Source of the DNA: Bacteroidales bacterium
Lineage (GTDB): Bacteria; Bacteroidota; Bacteroidia; Bacteroidales; UBA3824
Direction: 5' to 3'
DNA length: 64,000 bases
NCBI GenBank assembly: GCA_017544805.1
Contig: JAFYDK010000094.1
Coordinates: forward strand, 14,966 to 78,965
Part shown: piece by piece, positions 47,389-56,428 of the stretch
How the letters are laid out: each line of letters opens with the position of its first letter
How positions within the stretch are numbered: the stretch's first letter is position 1
Position numbers and translations under genes: made by a program
Notes under the pieces: generated by a model
Seen by the model: only the letters and a program-made list of their open reading frames with translations
What the model was told of the DNA's origin: nothing
Databases searched by the model: none

Positions 47389-48975
47389 ATGGAAAAAACT
47401 TTATTATTAGGGGACGAAGCGATTGCTTTAGGTGCGATATATGCCGGACTTTCCGGCGTTTACGCATATCCGGGAACGCCGTCCACTGAAATTACCGAAT
47501 TTATTCAAAACAATCAAACCGCCAAAGAGCGGAATATCCACTCTCGTTGGTGCACTAACGAAAAAACGGCCATGGAAGCCGCTTTGGGTATGTCTTACGC
47601 CGGAAAAAGAGCGTTAGTTTGTATGAAACATGTCGGCATGAACGTTTGCGCCGATGCTTTCGTAAACTCCGCCGTAACAGGTGTTAACGGAGGTTTGGTC
47701 GTTTTGGCAGCTGATGACCCGTCAATGCATTCGAGTCAAAACGAACAGGATTCAAGATTTTACGGAAAATTTGCAATGATTCCTATTTTTGAACCCTCAA
47801 ACCAACAAGAGGCTTTCGATATGATGAAAAACGCTTTTGAACTAAGCGAAAAACTTCAAGAGCCTGTTTTGTTGAGAGTTGTAACACGTCTTGCTCATTC
47901 AAGGGCTGCCGTTAAAATCGACGAAGTTAAGGATATGAATCCTTTTAATCCTTCAACATCACGCGGTTGGGTGCTTTTGCCCGGAATCGCTAAAAAACAA
48001 TACGCCGGTTTGATTGAAAAACAGCCTCAAATGAAAAACGCCGCTGAAAAATCCGTTTTCAACCGTGAAGAAAATTACGGTCAAGATTTGGCTGTTGTAG
48101 CCTGCGGCATAGGTTACAACTACGTTAAAGAAGCCATTGAAAATTACGGCGTCAAAGGCATAAAACTTTTAAAAATTTCTCAATACCCACTACCCGAACA
48201 AGCAGTTTTGAATTTAACCAAAGACTGCAAAAAAATCCTCGTTGTAGAAGACGGACAACCCGTTGTAGAAGAGGACGTTAAGAGAATTGTCGGCGACAAA
48301 GCTGAAGTTTTGGGACGCCTGACAGGTGATTTGCCACGTCAAGGCGAACTCACACCGGATTCTGTGGCTCAGGCTTTCGGCGTTAAAATCGAAGAAGATT
48401 TCCCTGCCGCTCAAAATCTTTCAAACCGTCCGCCTCAACTTTGTCAAGGCTGCGGACACAGAGATGTTTACGGAGCGTTGAAAGAGGTTATCAAAAAATA
48501 TGAAAATGCAAGAGTTTTCGGCGATATAGGTTGCTATACTTTGGGCGCATTGCCACCGTTTCAAGCATTGGCAAGTTGCGTGGATATGGGAGCTTCAATC
48601 ACTATGGCAAAAGGCGCGGCTGATGCAGGTCTTTTCCCCGCAATCGCTGTTATCGGCGACTCAACTTTCACACATTCGGGAATGACAGGTCTTTTGGACG
48701 CCGTTAATGAAAATGCTAATATCACGGTCATAATTTCTGACAATTTAACAACGGGAATGACAGGCGGTCAAGATTCGGCAGGCTTAAACAAATACGAGGC
48801 TATTTGTATAGGTTTGGGCGTTGATCCTAAGCACGTTAGAGTTGTGGTTCCGATGCCGAAAAATATGCCCGAAATTACCAAAATTATTGAGGAAGAAATC
48901 AATTATAACGGCGTTTCGGTTATAATTCCCCGCCGCGAATGTATGCAAACCCTTAAAAGACACAAGAAAAAATGA
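47389..48975 (+). CDS. iorA: indolepyruvate:ferredoxin oxidoreductase, alpha subunit
   Basis: 528 aa. It has a TPP-enzyme N-domain (YPGTPSTEI), a CQGCGHRD motif and the TPP-binding GDIGCY...GDSTFTHSG. It is translationally coupled (ATGA) to iorB. Confidence 0.85.
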   Translation: MEKTLLLGDEAIALGAIYAGLSGVYAYPGTPSTEITEFIQNNQTAKERNIHSRWCTNEKTAMEAALGMSYAGKRALVCMKHVGMNVCADAFVNSAVTGVNGGLVVLAADDPSMHSSQNEQDSRFYGKFAMIPIFEPSNQQEAFDMMKNAFELSEKLQEPVLLRVVTRLAHSRAAVKIDEVKDMNPFNPSTSRGWVLLPGIAKKQYAGLIEKQPQMKNAAEKSVFNREENYGQDLAVVACGIGYNYVKEAIENYGVKGIKLLKISQYPLPEQAVLNLTKDCKKILVVEDGQPVVEEDVKRIVGDKAEVLGRLTGDLPRQGELTPDSVAQAFGVKIEEDFPAAQNLSNRPPQLCQGCGHRDVYGALKEVIKKYENARVFGDIGCYTLGALPPFQALASCVDMGASITMAKGAADAGLFPAIAVIGDSTFTHSGMTGLLDAVNENANITVIISDNLTTGMTGGQDSAGLNKYEAICIGLGVDPKHVRVVVPMPKNMPEITKIIEEEINYNGVSVIIPRRECMQTLKRHKKK

Positions 48976-49541
48976 AGAAAGATTTAATACTTTGCGGTGT
49001 AGGCGGACAAGGAATCCTCTCTATCGCAACCGTTATCGGCGAAGCAGCTACAAAAGCCGGATTGTTTTTAAAACAGGCTGAGGTTCATGGTATGAGTCAA
49101 AGAGGCGGCGACGTTCAAAGCAATTTAAGACTTTCTGATTCAGAGATTTACTCTGATTTGATTCCAAAAGGAAAAGCCGATTTGCTTATTTCGATGGAGC
49201 CGATGGAAGTTTTGCGTTATTTGCCTTATTTGAACAAAAAGTCTCAGGTCGTAACAAATGCAAAACCTTTTATCAACATTCCCGACTACCCCGACGAGGC
49301 TAAACTATTTGCAGAATTGGACACATTGCCTAACATCAAAAAACTTGATATTGAAGAAATTGCAAAACAAGTTGCAATGCCCAAAGCAGCAAATATGGTT
49401 TTGCTCGGAATGGCAGCACCGTTTATTGAAATTCTCAGCGTAGAACAACTTCGCGAGGCTGTTAAAACGATTTTCGCAAAAAAAGGCGAGGCTATCGTAG
49501 AGACAAACTTAAAAGCGTTTGACGCCGGCGTTAACAACTAA
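48972..49541 (+). CDS. iorB: indolepyruvate:ferredoxin oxidoreductase, beta subunit
   Basis: 189 aa of the 2-oxoacid:acceptor oxidoreductase gamma-type fold (ILCGVGGQGILS...AEVHGMSQRGG). Confidence 0.8.
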   Translation: MKKDLILCGVGGQGILSIATVIGEAATKAGLFLKQAEVHGMSQRGGDVQSNLRLSDSEIYSDLIPKGKADLLISMEPMEVLRYLPYLNKKSQVVTNAKPFINIPDYPDEAKLFAELDTLPNIKKLDIEEIAKQVAMPKAANMVLLGMAAPFIEILSVEQLREAVKTIFAKKGEAIVETNLKAFDAGVNN

Positions 49542-49569
49542 TTTATTTTTTATAATTCAAAAGAAAAAA

Positions 49570-49624
49570 CTGTCGAAAAGGCGGATTTTTATATAAAACT
49601 CCTCCCCTTTTTCGACAGTTTTTT
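49570..49624. terminator. bidirectional terminator-like hairpin after iorB
   Basis: CTGTCGAAAAG ... CTTTTTCGACAG (one bulged T, ~26-nt loop), flanked by an A-run on the left and a T-run on the right. Confidence 0.5.
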
Positions 49625-49765
49625 AATATGCTTTACAAAACCGAAAAGCAAAATCGGATCGGAAACAACTTCATCAAATAAATGTTTATCCTTATTATCA
49701 AGAATAACATTCACGGCATCCAATATATGCTTTAAACGCTCTGAATCTTTAATTCTTTCTCTCAT
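49589..49765 (-). pseudogene. truncated HEPN (DUF86/HepT-like) toxin remnant, 58 codons
   Basis: Own translation gives MRERIKDSERLKHILDAVNVILDNKDKHLFDEVVSDPILLFGFVKHIKKLSKKGRSFI*. The ATG (49765..49763) overlaps the end of the upstream MNT gene, as in HEPN/MNT pairs. The N-terminal ~47 aa look like a DUF86 N-terminus. The reading frame ends inside the iorB terminator hairpin, before any IGEA or Rx4-6H motif. It falls below the 60-aa cut-off of the ORF track. Confidence 0.55.
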
Positions 49766-50054
49766 ATATCAAAATTTTGTCGTGATTGACACTATTGACT
49801 GCAAAATCCATTAACTGACCATCCTCAACCAAATCCACCTTTTTATTGAGAATTTTGGATAGTGTTACTAATATTTTGGAAATCAAATATAAAGAAACTT
49901 TTTCATCTTTTGAATACTCCACTAAAATATCTATATCGCTATTCTCTGTTTCCTCTCCCCTTGAATATGACCCAAAAAGCCATGCCTTATTTATGGGTTG
50001 AGTTACAAAATAATCACGAATTTTAGGAATAAATCTTTCAATGTCTGTTCTCAT
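49749..50054 (-). CDS. minimal nucleotidyltransferase (MNT/MntA-type antitoxin)
   Basis: Signature LFGSYSRGEETENSDIDILVEY (GSxxRG...DxD). I prefer ATG 50054 (MRTDIERF) over the TTG at 50093. Confidence 0.75.
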   Translation of the reverse strand: MRTDIERFIPKIRDYFVTQPINKAWLFGSYSRGEETENSDIDILVEYSKDEKVSLYLISKILVTLSKILNKKVDLVEDGQLMDFAVNSVNHDKILIYERKN

Positions 50055-50071
50055 AACAAAACTTGTTTTTG

Positions 50072-50079
50072 CAAAAATA
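50072..50079 (-). promoter_or_regulatory. candidate -7 box TATTTTTG upstream of the MNT gene
   Basis: Plus-strand CAAAAATA equals minus-strand TATTTTTG, 18 nt upstream of ATG 50054 and downstream of the TTG start at 50093. Confidence 0.3.
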
Positions 50080-50198
50080 ATACTTTTTTCCAAAACTTAG
50101 AAATAAAAAAATGCAAGGATTTTTTCTAAAATTCTTCTCTTTTATTTTGTTTTTTCAAAAAAAGTTTTCATATTTGCAAATACTATAAATTTTCACAA

Positions 50199-51158
50199 AT
50201 GGGAAAATACGTAAACCCGTTTACAGACACGGGATTTAAGATACTTTTCGGACAAGAACCGAGTAAACCTCTGTTGATTGACTTCTTGAACAACCTTTTG
50301 GAAGGCAAGGAAAGAATCACGGACGTTACTTTTCTTGACAAAGAAAAACCGCGGGTCTACAAAAAAGACCGCGGTGTGATTTATGATATATTATGCGAAA
50401 CGGACAAAAAAGAGAAAATCATCGTTGAAATGCAAAACCGTTCGCAGGAACATTTCATAGAGCGGAGTGTTTATTATGTTTCGCAAGCAATAGCAAGACA
50501 AGGAGTAAAAGGCGATTGGGATTTTAATTTTCACGCCGTTTATTTCGTGGCTTTTATGAATTTTACGCTTGACGGTTTGAATGTGTTCAGAACAGACACA
50601 CAACTTTGCAAGACAAACACAAAGGAACGTGAAGTCCTTTCTGACAAGATGAAATTCATCTACTTACAACTTCCACTGTTTACAAAGACGGAAGATGAAT
50701 GTAAAACAAATTTTGATCGTTGGATTTTTATTTTTAAGAATATGGCAACTTTGGAATATATACCTTGGGCGTCAAAAGATTCAATTTTTTCACAACTCGG
50801 TAAATTCGCTCAAATCGCAAATCTTTCTGAACATCAGCGCAGAAAGTACGATAAAGATTTGAAAATTTATCGGGATAATATCAATGTGCTTGATCATGCC
50901 ATAAAAAGCGGCATTGAGCAAGGCGTAAAAATCGGTATTGAAAAAGGCCGTGCAGAAGGCGAAAAAATCGGCATTGAAAAAGGCGAAAAAATTGGTATCG
51001 AAAAAGGCGAAAAAATCGGCATCGAAAAAGGACGTGCGGAAGGCGAAAAACAACGCTCTCTTGACATCGCCCGCAGTTTGAAAGCTGCCGGAAAACTCTC
51101 CTTTGAAGAAATCGCCGAAATAACCAAACTTCCTCTCGAAGAAATCGAAAAATTATAA
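50199..51158 (+). CDS. Rpn-family recombination-promoting nuclease / putative transposase (PDDEXK_2)
   Basis: N-terminus MGKYVNPFTDTGFKILFGQEPSKPLLIDFLNNLL...YDILCETDKKEKIIVEMQN is the signature of this family. The C-terminus carries a repetitive IGIEKG(RAE)GEK tract. Confidence 0.8.
   Translation: MGKYVNPFTDTGFKILFGQEPSKPLLIDFLNNLLEGKERITDVTFLDKEKPRVYKKDRGVIYDILCETDKKEKIIVEMQNRSQEHFIERSVYYVSQAIARQGVKGDWDFNFHAVYFVAFMNFTLDGLNVFRTDTQLCKTNTKEREVLSDKMKFIYLQLPLFTKTEDECKTNFDRWIFIFKNMATLEYIPWASKDSIFSQLGKFAQIANLSEHQRRKYDKDLKIYRDNINVLDHAIKSGIEQGVKIGIEKGRAEGEKIGIEKGEKIGIEKGEKIGIEKGRAEGEKQRSLDIARSLKAAGKLSFEEIAEITKLPLEEIEKL
50922..51050 (+). repeat. in-frame 24-bp tandem repeat (with 9- or 12-bp insertions) inside the Rpn-family gene
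   Basis: Four to five copies of GGCGAAAAAATCGGCATTGAAAAA-type units, encoding KIGIEKGRAEGE KIGIEKGE KIGIEKGE KIGIEKGRAEGE. Confidence 0.85.
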
Positions 51159-51168
51159 CCTCATTGTA

Positions 51169-51199
51169 GAGCCGCAATGATTGCGGCTCGTTTTTTTTT
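51169..51199 (+). terminator. rho-independent terminator after the Rpn-family gene
   Basis: GAGCCGCAA-tga-TTGCGGCTC followed by G and a run of 9 T. Confidence 0.75.
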
Positions 51200-51286
51200 A
51201 TATCATCCGTATTTATTTCATTTACAGGTTTTTTTAGTTTCTAACGAAACAACACCCCTGCGCAAAAAAAACAACAACATATACAC

Positions 51287-51322
51287 AAAAAAAAACATCC
51301 GGCAGAGTTTTTCTGCCGGATG
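51287..51322 (-). terminator. rho-independent terminator of the minus-strand SusC/D-LRR operon
   Basis: On the minus strand: CATCCGGCAGA-aaaac-TCTGCCGGATG followed by TTTTTTTTT. Confidence 0.75.
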
Positions 51323-51348
51323 CCCTTTTTTAGAATATCAAAAGAAAG

Positions 51349-52845
51349 CTATTTCGTTTTTTTCTCGTCTTCTTTTTCAAAATCGAAATAGCCATCTATA
51401 ATTTCATCTGCTTTTTCTAAATCTGCATCAGAAATCTTAATTGCACCTCTCACAGCCGTACGCCAAGACTCATATTCTTGTAAACCTTCTATTTCTGATT
51501 TTTTGACTTTTGAGCCGTCAGGTTTCTTGAAAGTAATTTTGAGGTTATCTCTCAAGAATTCTTCCTCTTTCTCTTTATCGTAATAAGACAACAACTCGTC
51601 ACCAAAAATATAGTCAACATCCGGCATCGAAACTACCTTCTCAACAGTTTTGTCTCCTTCTTCTACTTCGTCGGTCTTTACTTTTACCTCTATAGAAGTT
51701 AAAGATTCACAACCCTTAAAAACACTTCCACTTATTTCTTTTACCGAAGAAGGAATTACTATAGATTGCAATGATTTACAATTTTCAAATGCAGATTCCC
51801 AAATTTTAGTTACAGTCTCAGGTATCACAATTGATTTCAATGCTGTTCCATAAAAAGCATTTCCGTAAATTTCTTCTATACCTCTGTCTAATGTAACTTC
51901 TTCAAGAGCAGTGCACCCGCTAAGGTCTACAGTTGTAGCATTTGAAGCATTAATGGATTGTAATTTTTCACAATAGCGAATATTAATATAGGATACACCT
52001 GCCGGTAAATCAATACTTTCTAATTTGCTAAGTTCGAATAAGGAAACATCCGTACATTTAGAGCCATCAGCAAATTTTATAGAAGATATTATTGATGGGA
52101 AATACTTATACCCATTAGCAACATCAACACTAGAAGCATTAATATTAACAGAAGTAACATATTTCGGAATAGTAATTTCCTTTATCTCTGTTCCGAAAAT
52201 TGTTACAGAAGTAGCAACTTCAGGAAGAACCAATCCGCAAATGTAGTTCCCGATGTAATCATCGGTCTCGTGCATATATGCGGGGATATAAACCTCTTTC
52301 CAATCCAATTTTGAAAGATTCAAAGAAAGTTTCTGCTTATTACTTGCCTTAATAATCATAGCAAAAATTTCGTTAGCATGATCAGGAACAGAACCTTCCA
52401 AAGAAATCTCAATAGGCTCGTCAGACTTAAAGTCGGATATATAGTCAAGAACTTTTTCCACGTCCTTTAACTTTATCGGCTTCAAAGCCCAAACCGCATT
52501 GAAAACAGTATTGCCGCTGACGGTATACTCTTTTTCCGGCTCATAAAAGTTAGTACCATCCGACCAACCTTTGAGTTCCAAAAGTTTTGCATCTTCAGTA
52601 CCCAAAGTAAGTTTCGGTAATTTAATTTTCTCTCCGTTAGCTACGGATATTGTTGCGGGATTTACCGCATTGCCGTTAGCATTAGTCTTAAAGTCTACAG
52701 TAACAATTTTTCCCGCCAAAGCAGAAACGTTTACCTCGTCTTTTGCACTTATAGTAATAGGGTCGTTCTCCGTCTCTTTCGTACAGCTCGAAACTGTTGC
52801 CATAAAGCCGAGAACAGCCGCTACAGTTAATATTCTTCTAATCAT
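51349..52845 (-). CDS. surface lipoprotein: Listeria-Bacteroides repeat (Flg_new) module + BspA-type leucine-rich repeats (LRR_5)
   Basis: Lipoprotein signal ..TVSSC followed by TKETEND. The Flg_new-like module ends LKGWSDGTNFYEPEKEYTVSGNTVFNAVW. The LRR_5 units are IEEIYGNAFYGTALKSIVIPETVTKIWESAFENCKSLQSIVIPSSVKEISGSVFKGCESLTSI. Confidence 0.7.
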   Translation of the reverse strand: MIRRILTVAAVLGFMATVSSCTKETENDPITISAKDEVNVSALAGKIVTVDFKTNANGNAVNPATISVANGEKIKLPKLTLGTEDAKLLELKGWSDGTNFYEPEKEYTVSGNTVFNAVWALKPIKLKDVEKVLDYISDFKSDEPIEISLEGSVPDHANEIFAMIIKASNKQKLSLNLSKLDWKEVYIPAYMHETDDYIGNYICGLVLPEVATSVTIFGTEIKEITIPKYVTSVNINASSVDVANGYKYFPSIISSIKFADGSKCTDVSLFELSKLESIDLPAGVSYINIRYCEKLQSINASNATTVDLSGCTALEEVTLDRGIEEIYGNAFYGTALKSIVIPETVTKIWESAFENCKSLQSIVIPSSVKEISGSVFKGCESLTSIEVKVKTDEVEEGDKTVEKVVSMPDVDYIFGDELLSYYDKEKEEEFLRDNLKITFKKPDGSKVKKSEIEGLQEYESWRTAVRGAIKISDADLEKADEIIDGYFDFEKEDEKKTK

Positions 52846-52870
52846 TTTTTTCTAATTTTTTTTAAGTTAA

Positions 52871-54067
52871 TTACTCAGCTTTTGTAGGTTCTACATCAAC
52901 TCCGATTGTATGACCTTCACCCAATTTATCATCGGGCAAATCAACCCCCTCTTTTGCCTTGTACAGAATTTTTTCCAATTTTTCACAACTGTCAAAGGCA
53001 TTAGGATTGATTCTTAACTTATCAATACCGTTATAATTGAAAGTAATTTCAGTAAGATTGCTACAGTACGCAAAAGTTCCTCTTCTAACAAGTTTCAAAC
53101 CTTCACCTACTTCAATTTTTGTAAATTCTGCATTAAAAAAAGCATAATCACCAATTGAAGTTACCGAATTAGGAATTACAAAAGCTTTTTCCCCATCCGG
53201 ATCTTCTTCGGTAACATTAGTAAGAGGACAACCATCAAACGCTTCTTCACCAATCGTCTTAACCTTTTCATTTAAAGTTAAGGTTTTCAATGATGGACAA
53301 GCACCAAAAGCTCCATCACCGATTTCTTCAAGAGCCGTTTTGGAGAAATTAATTTCCTCAAGCAAAATACATTCAGTGAAAGCACCTTCTCCGATTTTCT
53401 TCAATTTTTCAGGGAGAGTGATTTTTTTCAGTCCATCAAAATTTAGTTTTTCGTGCTCTTTTGGGTCCATATAATAGAAATGACCATCTCCAGGGATCGC
53501 CAATTCGTATTCTGAAAAATTGAATGTTCCCTTAGGGATTTCGGTAATTTCGGTTTTTGAAAGGTCAATTTCAGTATAACCTTTTATTACCAACTCTTTC
53601 AAATGTTTAAACTCCCATTCGGTAAGATTTTTTTCTTCAATTACGAGTTTGCCGTCCTCGGGAACTTTTTCAGCACCCATAGCTTTCCTAACGGTTCTTA
53701 CTTTCCAAGTAGCGTAAAGAACGGTGTTTTCTTCAACTTTTAATTTTTGTTTGCCGTCTTTGTCTTTCTCCAAAGGTGTACCGTTAAAAGAGGTAGACCA
53801 ACCGTCGAAATCGCAACCGTCAAGAGAAAAACTATTAGCAGCAGGAAGGTCAATCTCCGAACCTGTCAAAGCCACTACATCAGTAGGAGCTGTGCCATTA
53901 CCCGCAGTAATACTGAAAGTAACAACACTACTACTGATACCTAAGTCGGAAACTACCTGCGATGCAGATACTTCCTTGTATTCAAAATTGTCTTCCTTTT
54001 CTTTGGTGCAAGAAGACAATATAGAGGCACTAAGCACCATAGCCACTAAAATATATTTTCTGTTCAT
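52871..54067 (-). CDS. surface lipoprotein: Flg_new module + BspA-type LRR_5 repeats (architectural paralogue of 51349..52845)
   Basis: Lipoprotein signal ..ILSSC followed by TKEKEDN. The Flg_new-like module is DGCDFDGWSTSFNG...VEENTVLYATW. The LRR_5 units are IGEGAFTECILLEEINFSKTALEEIGDGAFGACPSLKTLTL..., IPNSVTSIGDYAFFNAEFTKIEV. Confidence 0.7.
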   Translation of the reverse strand: MNRKYILVAMVLSASILSSCTKEKEDNFEYKEVSASQVVSDLGISSSVVTFSITAGNGTAPTDVVALTGSEIDLPAANSFSLDGCDFDGWSTSFNGTPLEKDKDGKQKLKVEENTVLYATWKVRTVRKAMGAEKVPEDGKLVIEEKNLTEWEFKHLKELVIKGYTEIDLSKTEITEIPKGTFNFSEYELAIPGDGHFYYMDPKEHEKLNFDGLKKITLPEKLKKIGEGAFTECILLEEINFSKTALEEIGDGAFGACPSLKTLTLNEKVKTIGEEAFDGCPLTNVTEEDPDGEKAFVIPNSVTSIGDYAFFNAEFTKIEVGEGLKLVRRGTFAYCSNLTEITFNYNGIDKLRINPNAFDSCEKLEKILYKAKEGVDLPDDKLGEGHTIGVDVEPTKAE

Positions 54068-54102
54068 TTCTTTTCAACTTTTTTAATTTAAGTTTATTTT
54101 GT

Positions 54103-54483
54103 TTATTCCTCCTCCGGCCAAACAGCGTACAAAACTGCACCTTGATCAGCTTTATAAGAAGTTATAACATCTCCCTCGGGGGTCAGAGACCACCCTTTGG
54201 AAGTTTTAGTTATAGTTTTACCAGTTTCCTTGTCTTTAAAATCGCCTTGTGCCGGAGCGTCCAATGTAACCGTTTCACCTGCCTTAACATAATGCGGTGC
54301 GGGAATTACACCGACTGCACCGTTAAGGTCATATTTTACAATGACCTTGCCGGTAGCATATTCTTTAACAACATCACCAGAATTAACCGTCTCTATAGTG
54401 TAATCAGTAATTTCTTTTTTCTCACAAGAAACAAGACCCGCTAATATTGCGGCGAATGCGGCTGCTTTTAATATGTTTTTCAT
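54103..54483 (-). CDS. small surface lipoprotein consisting of a single Flg_new-like module
   Basis: 126 aa with lipoprotein signal ..GLVSC followed by EKKEITD. The module is VIVKYDLNGAVG...VKAGETVTL...SKGWSLTPEGDVITSYKADQGAVLYAVW. Confidence 0.6.
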   Translation of the reverse strand: MKNILKAAAFAAILAGLVSCEKKEITDYTIETVNSGDVVKEYATGKVIVKYDLNGAVGVIPAPHYVKAGETVTLDAPAQGDFKDKETGKTITKTSKGWSLTPEGDVITSYKADQGAVLYAVWPEEE

Positions 54484-54525
54484 ATTATTTACCTATTAAA
54501 AAATTCTTGTTTAACAAATTGTTTT

Positions 54526-56391
54526 TTAGTATCCGGGGTTTTGTTCACATGCCGGATTGTTATTGATTTCAGACTGCGGAATAGGCATATCCATTTTCTG
54601 GTCAGAATATGTAAAACCATATTGAGGAGTCCAAGGATTGTCTATCAACGCTTCATTCGATTGTCTGCCTCTATCATCTTGATAGTTTTTAGCAACGTGT
54701 TCTGCAATTACGCCAGAACGTTGCAAGTCAGGACGCAAGCCCCATTCTACGTTGAACTCTTTACGACGCTCTTGCAAAAGTGCAACCTGCCATACTTCCA
54801 AGTTGAAGTTCAAAGCTTCTTTTACTTGTGCGTAATAAGTCTGACCGTTTACATAATTAGACTTATCAATCTGATGACCGAACGGAATCGGATACGAAGT
54901 GGGAGCCACTTGCGGAGATTGTACGTTGAATTTACTTGTAAGATACTGTTGATAGTAGGGCAAATAAGTGTTGGTAAGAGCTTCTTCTTTGCCATCTTCA
55001 AGATAACCGAAAGCACGCTCACGGATTTTCTCGATGTATTCCCAACCTTCAGCCGCAGCACCGGTACGGAAGCAACATTCAGCATAATCCAAGTATACGT
55101 TAGCAAGACGTTTCCAATATACATGGCATGGAGGATAAGTTTGACCATTCCATTCAGGTTCGCCGGTTCTCCAATATTTCAAGCTCCAAATAGAAGGTGC
55201 AAAATCACCGTTCATATTGTAGTGATAGTGAGCTGCGAGGTCGTTACCGTTGCCGACAGCAATGTTGAGGTACGGATGATGACCATAGCAATATTGAGAT
55301 TTAGCAACTTTAGAAAGTGCTTGTTTAGTAATCGGGTCAACGATTTCCTTGAAATCTACAGGGCCTGTGCAAGCAGAACCATCGCGGCGTTTGTCGCCTA
55401 CCTCAAACGAAGTATACCATTCCCAAGAGAGGTAAAGAGTACCCCATCCGCCGTTAGCAGGACAAGCAGCGTAGAAAGTAGACCAGAACTCGGTGTTGTT
55501 TTTGTTAGCAGCCCAGTCCCAAGACTGCGGGTCAGCAACTTCTTCCCAGATAGCCTCTTTTTGCCATGCAATAGGATCCCAAAGAGTGGTATAAGAAGGA
55601 TTGAGTTCGTATGGACCCTTGTCGATTACTTCTTTGAGGTATTCTTTTGCTTTCTTAACATTTTCGTCAGCCTCGGTAGCAGAAACACCTGAGCGGAATG
55701 CTTTCCACAAATAAGCGTCAGCCAAATAAGTCAAACACATACCTTTGGTTACGCGGCCGTATTCGTCGTTGAAAGGTTTCCAATCCAGAACATCTTTTGC
55801 CTCTTCGTAATCTTTGATAATCCAATCCCACATTTCGTCGTAAGTAGCGGCTTTAGCTTTTTCGGGTGTATTATCGTATGTTTCGCCTGTACCGATAAGA
55901 GGAACACGACCCCAGTTTTGAGCGAGCCATGTGTAATAATAAGCACGCATTGTCTTAGCCTCTGCGATATAATCCTGCAAAACTTTTGAAGCACTGATTT
56001 TTTCTTCGCCCAATTTTTCAATGGTTGCAAGATATTCGTTACAGTTTGAAATACCTCTATAAAGTGCACTCCATTCGTCTCTAAGTTCACCGGTTTCAGG
56101 TTTCCATTTCTGTTGATTCCAGTCGGTATCCCAACCGGTAGCCTGAGTATCCATCGTCGGGTGGCAACCCATCCAAAGATTCGGTTTGAACTCGTCCTTG
56201 TTAGTTTTTTGGTGAAATTCGGAATAACAAGAAATAAGACCAGCTAACATATTGCTTTCCGATTCGGTTACGGCATCGCTGTTTACAATTCCGTACTGGT
56301 CTACATCGAGAAAATCCTCTTTACAAGAAGTTACACCCGAAACCATACCGACGGAAAGTGCCAAACCTAATAATTTATGTATGTTTTTCAT
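54526..56391 (-). CDS. SusD/RagB-family lipoprotein
   Basis: Lipoprotein signal ..GVTSC followed by KEDFLD, a helical SusD core, and the C-terminus MPIPQSEINNNPACEQNPGY. Confidence 0.9.
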   Translation of the reverse strand: MKNIHKLLGLALSVGMVSGVTSCKEDFLDVDQYGIVNSDAVTESESNMLAGLISCYSEFHQKTNKDEFKPNLWMGCHPTMDTQATGWDTDWNQQKWKPETGELRDEWSALYRGISNCNEYLATIEKLGEEKISASKVLQDYIAEAKTMRAYYYTWLAQNWGRVPLIGTGETYDNTPEKAKAATYDEMWDWIIKDYEEAKDVLDWKPFNDEYGRVTKGMCLTYLADAYLWKAFRSGVSATEADENVKKAKEYLKEVIDKGPYELNPSYTTLWDPIAWQKEAIWEEVADPQSWDWAANKNNTEFWSTFYAACPANGGWGTLYLSWEWYTSFEVGDKRRDGSACTGPVDFKEIVDPITKQALSKVAKSQYCYGHHPYLNIAVGNGNDLAAHYHYNMNGDFAPSIWSLKYWRTGEPEWNGQTYPPCHVYWKRLANVYLDYAECCFRTGAAAEGWEYIEKIRERAFGYLEDGKEEALTNTYLPYYQQYLTSKFNVQSPQVAPTSYPIPFGHQIDKSNYVNGQTYYAQVKEALNFNLEVWQVALLQERRKEFNVEWGLRPDLQRSGVIAEHVAKNYQDDRGRQSNEALIDNPWTPQYGFTYSDQKMDMPIPQSEINNNPACEQNPGY

Positions 56392-56428
56392 ATTAAATTC
56401 AGTTAAAAAAAACGTTTAAATTTTTAAA

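Noticed and set aside
50922-51050. Regularly spaced ~24-bp repeats that could superficially suggest a CRISPR-like array.
   Set aside because: The units are directly adjacent with no unique spacers. They are in frame within a coding sequence and encode a peptide repeat. No cas genes are nearby.
50790-51177. Three overlapping minus-strand ORFs (77-98 aa) with F/R-rich repetitive translations.
   Set aside because: They are antisense read-outs of the GAAAAA-rich tandem repeat inside the Rpn-family gene. Their repetitiveness mirrors the sense repeat, and no independent signals support them.
54541-55692. A 383-aa + strand ORF, strikingly long for an AT-rich genome.
   Set aside because: It lies entirely antisense to the well-supported SusD gene (54526..56391), in the codon-aligned antisense frame. 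That frame stays open whenever the sense gene avoids TTA/CTA/TCA codons. The translation is R/F/V/I-rich junk with no motif, start context or promoter.
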